Source: Verrucomicrobiota bacterium
GTDB lineage: Bacteria > Verrucomicrobiota > Kiritimatiellia > JAAZAB01
DNA: 64,000 nt
NCBI GenBank assembly: GCA_018898455.1
Contig: JAHIJO010000152.1
Coordinates: 2,737-66,736 of the forward strand
Reading direction: 5' to 3'
The notes under the pieces were generated by a model. That model ran no database searches. It saw only the letters and a list, made by a program, of their open reading frames with translations, and was not told the origin of the DNA. The translations under genes were made by a program, and so were the position numbers. Below, one piece after another: positions 59,470-64,000 of the stretch (position 1 is its first letter; each line of letters opens with the position of its first letter).

Positions 59470-61153
59470 ATTTTTGCACAGGGTTCGTTGGATCACGGTC
59501 GGCGTCCTGCTGGCCGCCGCCGGGTTCGGTTGCGCCCCCATACTGAGAAATGAGAACGGCGTGCGTGTCGTCGGGGATATTGTGACGGGCGAACAGGAAC
59601 GCCAAGTCACCATAACCACGAGAGACCAGTCCCGCATCGCGGAAATTGCCCGCACCGATCCCGATAGCGACGTGCGCCAGGCGGCCGTCATAAAAATTCA
59701 CGACTCGGCCGTTCTGCTGGCCATTGCCGAAACGGATCCGGACATGCAGGTTCGCATCACCGCGGTTTCACAACTGGCCGGCAAAGAAATGCTTACCCGG
59801 ATCGCCACGACAAACACGGAACCTCTGGCCCGCCTGGCCGCCACGGAACGGCTCAAGGACCAAACCGTGCTCTTCGATCTGGCCATGCGCAACAGCGAAT
59901 CCATCGTCCGGCGAGCGGCCACGGAAAAAATAACAAACCCGCGCCTGCTCTACGATATTGCCTCGTCCAATACCGAGTCGTTCGTACGTATCTGCGCCAC
60001 CAGCCTGATCACGGATCAGAAACTTCTGACGGGTATTGCCCGCAATAATTCGGACCCCTTGGTCCGGCGCTCCGCCCTGCGTGGGATTACACACCAGGAC
60101 GCACTGGTCCAGCTGTTCCGGATTGAGAAAGACCGTGACGTCCGCAAAACCGCCGTGGAATTGATCAACCAACAGGATATTCTGGACCAGATTGCAGCAA
60201 CCGATCCGGACCCGGTAATTCGCTATCTCGCCGTGCGCAAATGCCAGCGCCGTTCTCTGCTGGCCGCCATTGCGACCACCGACCCTGACGCCATCGTGCG
60301 CCAGGCGGCGGTAGCCAGTCTGACGGATCAGGCGACCCTGGAAATCATTGCTGAAAAAGACCCCGATCCGATGGTCCGCAAGACGGCGGTGACGAAAATC
60401 CGGGGACCGATCTTGCTGGCGGTGATGGAGACTGACGAGGACTCCGATGTCCGGCTGGCGGCGCTGGCGAGCATTGTCGATCCCGAGTTCCTGAAAGACG
60501 CGGCCGGCACCGACACCAGCCCGGACGTCCGCGCCGCCGCCCTGGCGAAAATAAGCGACCAGGAAGTGATAGCCAGCGTCGCCTTCCATGATCCGATCCC
60601 GCAGGTTCGCGGCACGGCGGTCATAAAACTGACCGACCAGGGACTGATCGAAGTAATCGCCCGCAACGATCCCAACAAGGAGGTGCGCGCGGCCGCGGCC
60701 GGCAAAGTTATTGACCAGACCGTGTTGAAAACCATCGCGCTTAAGGACTCCCACCGCACCGTGCGCCAAATTGCCGTCGAACGCATTACCGACCAGGCCA
60801 TTCTTGATGAGCTGGCGCGCAGCCCCAATCCCAACGTTCGCTTGATGTCCGTGGCCAAGTTGATCCACCCGAGGATTCTGAACGATATTGCCCGCAATGA
60901 TCCGTTCGCGGCCGTGCGGAAAGCGGCCACGGAAAAAGTGGCCAGCCAGGCCGTACTCAAGGATATCGCTTTGACCGACCCCGATCCGACAGTCCGTAAA
61001 GCGGCGGTCCAGGCCATCAGAAATGTGGACATGCTGATGACCATCGCCCAAAATGATTCGCACGAAGAGGTTCGCACCGAAGCAAACAAACAACTGCAGA
61101 TCATGCGTACCATGACATCCGAAACATGGAGGACGAAGCACGATGCCGAATAA
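59462..61153 (+). CDS. HEAT-like (PBS-lyase type) repeat lipoprotein
   Basis: Lipobox AAGFGC, then more than 12 tandem ~31-aa repeats (D.D..VR..A.......L..IA...). Overlaps the speB stop. Confidence 0.7.
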   Translation: MPEFLHRVRWITVGVLLAAAGFGCAPILRNENGVRVVGDIVTGEQERQVTITTRDQSRIAEIARTDPDSDVRQAAVIKIHDSAVLLAIAETDPDMQVRITAVSQLAGKEMLTRIATTNTEPLARLAATERLKDQTVLFDLAMRNSESIVRRAATEKITNPRLLYDIASSNTESFVRICATSLITDQKLLTGIARNNSDPLVRRSALRGITHQDALVQLFRIEKDRDVRKTAVELINQQDILDQIAATDPDPVIRYLAVRKCQRRSLLAAIATTDPDAIVRQAAVASLTDQATLEIIAEKDPDPMVRKTAVTKIRGPILLAVMETDEDSDVRLAALASIVDPEFLKDAAGTDTSPDVRAAALAKISDQEVIASVAFHDPIPQVRGTAVIKLTDQGLIEVIARNDPNKEVRAAAAGKVIDQTVLKTIALKDSHRTVRQIAVERITDQAILDELARSPNPNVRLMSVAKLIHPRILNDIARNDPFAAVRKAATEKVASQAVLKDIALTDPDPTVRKAAVQAIRNVDMLMTIAQNDSHEEVRTEANKQLQIMRTMTSETWRTKHDAE

Positions 61154-62120
61154 TGATCCTCCATGCATTTTGGACTGCGACCAACTGCGGGAAATTCTGT
61201 CCATCCGGTATCCCCACATTATGGTGGACCGGGTACTGATCCAGGCAAAGCAGCGTGCTATTGGGATTAAGAACGTCACCATGGACGAACCCTGTTTTCA
61301 GGGGCATTTCCCCGACTACCCGGTTTTTCCGGGCGTGTTCATGCTGGAAACGATGATTCAAACGGGAGGGGCGCTGATTCACCACACCACAAACCTGAAA
61401 TCCAAGATGGCATTCCTGCTCGCCATCGACCGGGCCAAGTTTCGCCGAATGGTGCTTCCGGGCGACCAGTTAAGGGTCGAAACCGAACTGCTCCGATTCC
61501 GACGCGGGGTTGCCCAGTTCCAGGCTGTGGCCAGTGTTCGCAACGAGTCGGTCGGCCAGGCCGTCTTCACCATCGGATTCCGTGATGACTTCCTGCAACG
61601 CTTGCGGCCAACGGTCTTCACCCCGGACTTCTCCCCCGAAAGCATTTCCCCGGCGGCGGCGCCGATCATGGACATCCATGGCATCATGAAGATTATTCCT
61701 CACCGGTATCCTTTTCTCATGGTGGACGCCGTTCTCATCAAGTCCGATAAGCGGATCATCGCCCTGAAAAACGTCACCGGCAACGAACCGTTTTTTACCG
61801 GTCATTTCCAAAACCGCCCCGTTATGCCGGGCACCCTGCTGGTGGAATCCATGGCCCAGGCCGGCGCGGTTTTCATGCTGGACCTGCCCCAGTATCAGGG
61901 CAAATTCGGGTATTTCATGGCGCTGGAAGAAGCGCGATTCCGGCGCCCGGTCCGGCCGGGGGATCAGTTGATTCTTGATCTGAAACTGGTGTCCAATCGA
62001 CCGCGCATAGGCCGGGGATTCGGGCATATCCGCGTGGGTGATATCAAGGTTGCGGATGCCCGGTTTTCCTTTGTTATCACGGATCCCTTACCGGGAAAAG
62101 TCGCCGGGGAAAAGAAGTGA
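61143..62120 (+). CDS. Tandem (double hot-dog) FabZ/FabA-like 3-hydroxyacyl-ACP dehydratase
   Basis: Two complete FabZ-like domains (RYPHIMVDRV...KNVTMDEPCFQGHFP..PVFPG and HRYPFLMVDAV...KNVTGNEPFFTGHFQNRPVMPG). Confidence 0.75.
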   Translation: MPNNDPPCILDCDQLREILSIRYPHIMVDRVLIQAKQRAIGIKNVTMDEPCFQGHFPDYPVFPGVFMLETMIQTGGALIHHTTNLKSKMAFLLAIDRAKFRRMVLPGDQLRVETELLRFRRGVAQFQAVASVRNESVGQAVFTIGFRDDFLQRLRPTVFTPDFSPESISPAAAPIMDIHGIMKIIPHRYPFLMVDAVLIKSDKRIIALKNVTGNEPFFTGHFQNRPVMPGTLLVESMAQAGAVFMLDLPQYQGKFGYFMALEEARFRRPVRPGDQLILDLKLVSNRPRIGRGFGHIRVGDIKVADARFSFVITDPLPGKVAGEKK

Positions 62121-62986
62121 TCTTATTCCGCATCAAGACACGTTTGTTGTCGTTCGCCATCTGGCTAATCGTCGCTATATTCTCCATGGGTTTCGCGGAC
62201 GACGCTAGGGAAAACGTTCTTTCCACGAATCACCCGCCATCGGCGGAAGCTCTCCTCGCCCAAGTCCGATCCAGCATTCCCCAAGAAACACTGCGGCTAA
62301 AGGGAAAGCTCATGAAGGGCGAACGGATCGGGCGTCTGGAGCAGGCCTACCTGATCGAAGCCCTTCTGGAATTGGGCAAGAATCCGCCATCCGCTCTTTA
62401 CATACTGAGCGACGCGTTTGGAACACCCATCGCCCGACTGACTGTTATCCGCCCGCCGGGACGGGCGCCGGAATTCCGCTATGAACACGGCCAGCCGCTC
62501 CGTCCGGCCACGACGCCGGATATGAATCAGCCCATTGAAGGGACGGAACTGACGTGGAACGACCTGAGCCTGTCTTACCTCTGGTGGCCGGATGGAAGCA
62601 TGGCGGGCCACGACAACATCCGCGGACGGGATTGCTATGTGGTTGAATTGCCTGTCCAAACCCAGCCCGGAAAGCCCCCGCCGACGGATGTCGTTCCCAA
62701 GGGAACCAAGAAGTCACCCCCCTATCCGTCTGATGCCGTCGCCTCCGTCCGCCTATGGATTGACGATCACCTGATCGTCCTCATTCAACTGGAGGAATAC
62801 GACGCCGAGGGCAAACTCATGCGGCGTCTTTCCGTGAAGAACTTCAAGAAGATTGCCGACTTGTGGATGGTCAAAAACATGGATATCCGCCGCTATCCGT
62901 CCCGGCACCGGACCCAAATCCGGATCGAGGAAGTGATCTCCGTCACGGCCTCGAATACCCCGGCGGACGTGGATTTGGACGAGTGA
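62117..62986 (+). CDS. LolA-like outer-membrane lipoprotein-sorting family protein (putative)
   Basis: N-terminal signal/TM and weak resemblance to LolA-like sorting proteins. 4-bp overlap with the preceding gene. Confidence 0.4.
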   Translation: MILFRIKTRLLSFAIWLIVAIFSMGFADDARENVLSTNHPPSAEALLAQVRSSIPQETLRLKGKLMKGERIGRLEQAYLIEALLELGKNPPSALYILSDAFGTPIARLTVIRPPGRAPEFRYEHGQPLRPATTPDMNQPIEGTELTWNDLSLSYLWWPDGSMAGHDNIRGRDCYVVELPVQTQPGKPPPTDVVPKGTKKSPPYPSDAVASVRLWIDDHLIVLIQLEEYDAEGKLMRRLSVKNFKKIADLWMVKNMDIRRYPSRHRTQIRIEEVISVTASNTPADVDLDE

Positions 62987-63004
62987 AACGTTACGAACCA
63001 CCTT

Positions 63005-63024
63005 GGGGCGCCAGCCCTATTTTT
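63005..63024 (+). terminator. Weak rho-independent terminator candidate (GGGGCGCCAGCCC + TATTTTT)
   Basis: Short GC hairpin followed by a T-tract 18 nt after the operon stop. Confidence 0.35.
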
Positions 63025-63161
63025 ACGGGTCACGGGAGAAATATGCTTTCAGCCCTCAGCTATCAGATATCGGCTTCCCCCCGGAATGGGGTTATGATGT
63101 CGTCTTCAACGAAAGGAATCTCCTCTTCAGGGATATTCGTGCCAAGACTATTTTCGCTTGA

Positions 63162-63197
63162 TAACATTCCAACATTCTGCAGAATGTTGGAATGTTA
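63162..63197. repeat. Perfect 36-bp palindrome between convergent operons
   Basis: taacattccaacattctg|cagaatgttggaatgtta. Confidence 0.6.
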
Positions 63198-63292
63198 ATT
63201 GTCCCGCAAGTTGATCCGGATGAAACGGATTGTTAATCTTATTTTCTATATTGCTCGGCCACGATTTGGTTCAGGAGGCGCGGTCTGCCCAA

Positions 63293-63682
63293 TCAGGTTC
63301 CGGAAACCCAGACGAGACGGCACCGCGGCCCATCGAACTCGCAAAAATAAATCGCCTGCCAGGTCCCTAGTTGCAGCCGGCTGTTTTCCACCAGCACCCG
63401 GACGGACGAACCCATCAGGCCGGCCTTGACGTGCGCCGCCGCATTGCCCTCACCATGGCGGTAATGACCTGTCCAGGGCACCATACCATCCAATACGGCT
63501 TTGATGTCGGCCACGACATCCGGATCGGCATTTTCATTGATCGTAATCCCGGCCGTCGTGTGCGGCACAAAGACAGTGACGGCGCCCGCTTTCACGCCAA
63601 GCTCCTCCAGTGCCGCCTGGACCTGGGCGGTGATGTCCACGAACTCGGTCCGCTCCCGCGTCTGGATCGCAAGTGTTTTCAT
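63293..63682 (-). CDS. YjbQ-family protein (UPF0047; secondary thiamine-phosphate synthase-like)
   Basis: Conserved FVPHTTAGITINENADP.V..D and GNAAAHVKA blocks. Confidence 0.75.
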   Translation of the reverse strand: MKTLAIQTRERTEFVDITAQVQAALEELGVKAGAVTVFVPHTTAGITINENADPDVVADIKAVLDGMVPWTGHYRHGEGNAAAHVKAGLMGSSVRVLVENSRLQLGTWQAIYFCEFDGPRCRLVWVSGT

Positions 63683-64000
63683 GGCTCCGATGGGGCTTGG
63701 ATTTTCATAATGTAATCGGCTCCCCGCAGGCGGGTGGAACCGCTGATGATAATGATGGTATCCTTAAGCTGGATGTAACCGCTGGCCACCAGGATTTTTT
63801 CCATCCCCGCGAGGAGCCCGTCCGAATTGTCGCCCCAGGGCACAATCACCGGCAGAATGCCCCACACCAGGGCCAATCGATTACGAATCCGCAGCTCGGG
63901 CACCACGGCGATCAGCGGCACACTGGGACGGCGCTGGGCCACCATCTGCGCCGTGAAACCCGACAGGGTAATGATCACGATCGCCCGGGCATGAAGTTCC
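63679..64000 (-). CDS. pyk: Pyruvate kinase, C-terminal domain (gene continues beyond window end)
   Basis: TLSGFTAQMVAQRRPSVPLIAVVP...LVWGILPV and the C-terminal GSTRLR match the pyruvate kinase alpha/beta C-terminal domain. The frame is open to the window edge. Confidence 0.7.
   Translation of the reverse strand, partial: ELHARAIVIITLSGFTAQMVAQRRPSVPLIAVVPELRIRNRLALVWGILPVIVPWGDNSDGLLAGMEKILVASGYIQLKDTIIIISGSTRLRGADYIMKIQAPSEP

Overview
This is a high-GC (~58-60%) chromosomal window from a diderm bacterium, judged from TolC/RND, LolA-like, LpoB-like and MsbA-like genes plus several lipobox lipoproteins. It is densely coding on both strands and mostly housekeeping and envelope functions. Highlights are a small ECF sigma regulon whose two promoters can be read directly from the sequence, a degenerate tRNA-Met-associated islet carrying an AbiEi/AbiEii toxin-antitoxin pair, and an unusual co-directional operon at 56.5-63.0 kb joining polyamine synthesis to a HEAT-repeat lipoprotein, a tandem FabZ and a LolA-like protein.

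Recognisable genes:
- Redox and metabolic: a 5'-truncated sensor histidine kinase with a Rex-like Rossmann N-terminus, PfkB kinase, azoreductase, ferredoxin, thioredoxin reductase, amidohydrolase, cupin, acetolactate decarboxylase, aminotransferase, HIT, YjbQ and a partial pyruvate kinase.
- Envelope and membrane: two tandem SPFH/flotillin-like paralogs, a lytic transglycosylase, an MsbA-like ABC exporter, an LpoB-like lipoprotein with two neighbouring envelope proteins, GtrA-like and DUF502 membrane proteins, and hflK-hflC.
- Three consecutive type II/IV secretion-family ATPases (PilB-like, PilT, second GspE/PilB-like).
- gatC-gatA-gatB, recO, ybeY with a PgpH-like 7TM-HD protein, and holA.
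- An ECF sigma / anti-sigma / CpxP-like / TolC-like / RND cluster with a shared promoter motif.
- Two STAS anti-sigma antagonists and an RsbW-like kinase.
- A 737-aa protein with a GreA/GreB-type C-terminal domain.
- Two tRNA-Met(CAT) genes.
- vapBC, and an AbiEi/AbiEii pair with Fic-like and integrase fragments next to a tRNA.
- A low-GC opine-dehydrogenase-like gene beside an AT-rich intergenic region.
- A speA-speB-HEAT-repeat lipoprotein-tandem FabZ-LolA-like operon.

Non-coding features include a nested long inverted-repeat element, a dispersed hairpin repeat found in two intergenic regions, a 540-bp hairpin-dense non-coding stretch and a perfect 36-bp palindrome between convergent operons. 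Antisense shadow ORFs inside these genes were ignored.
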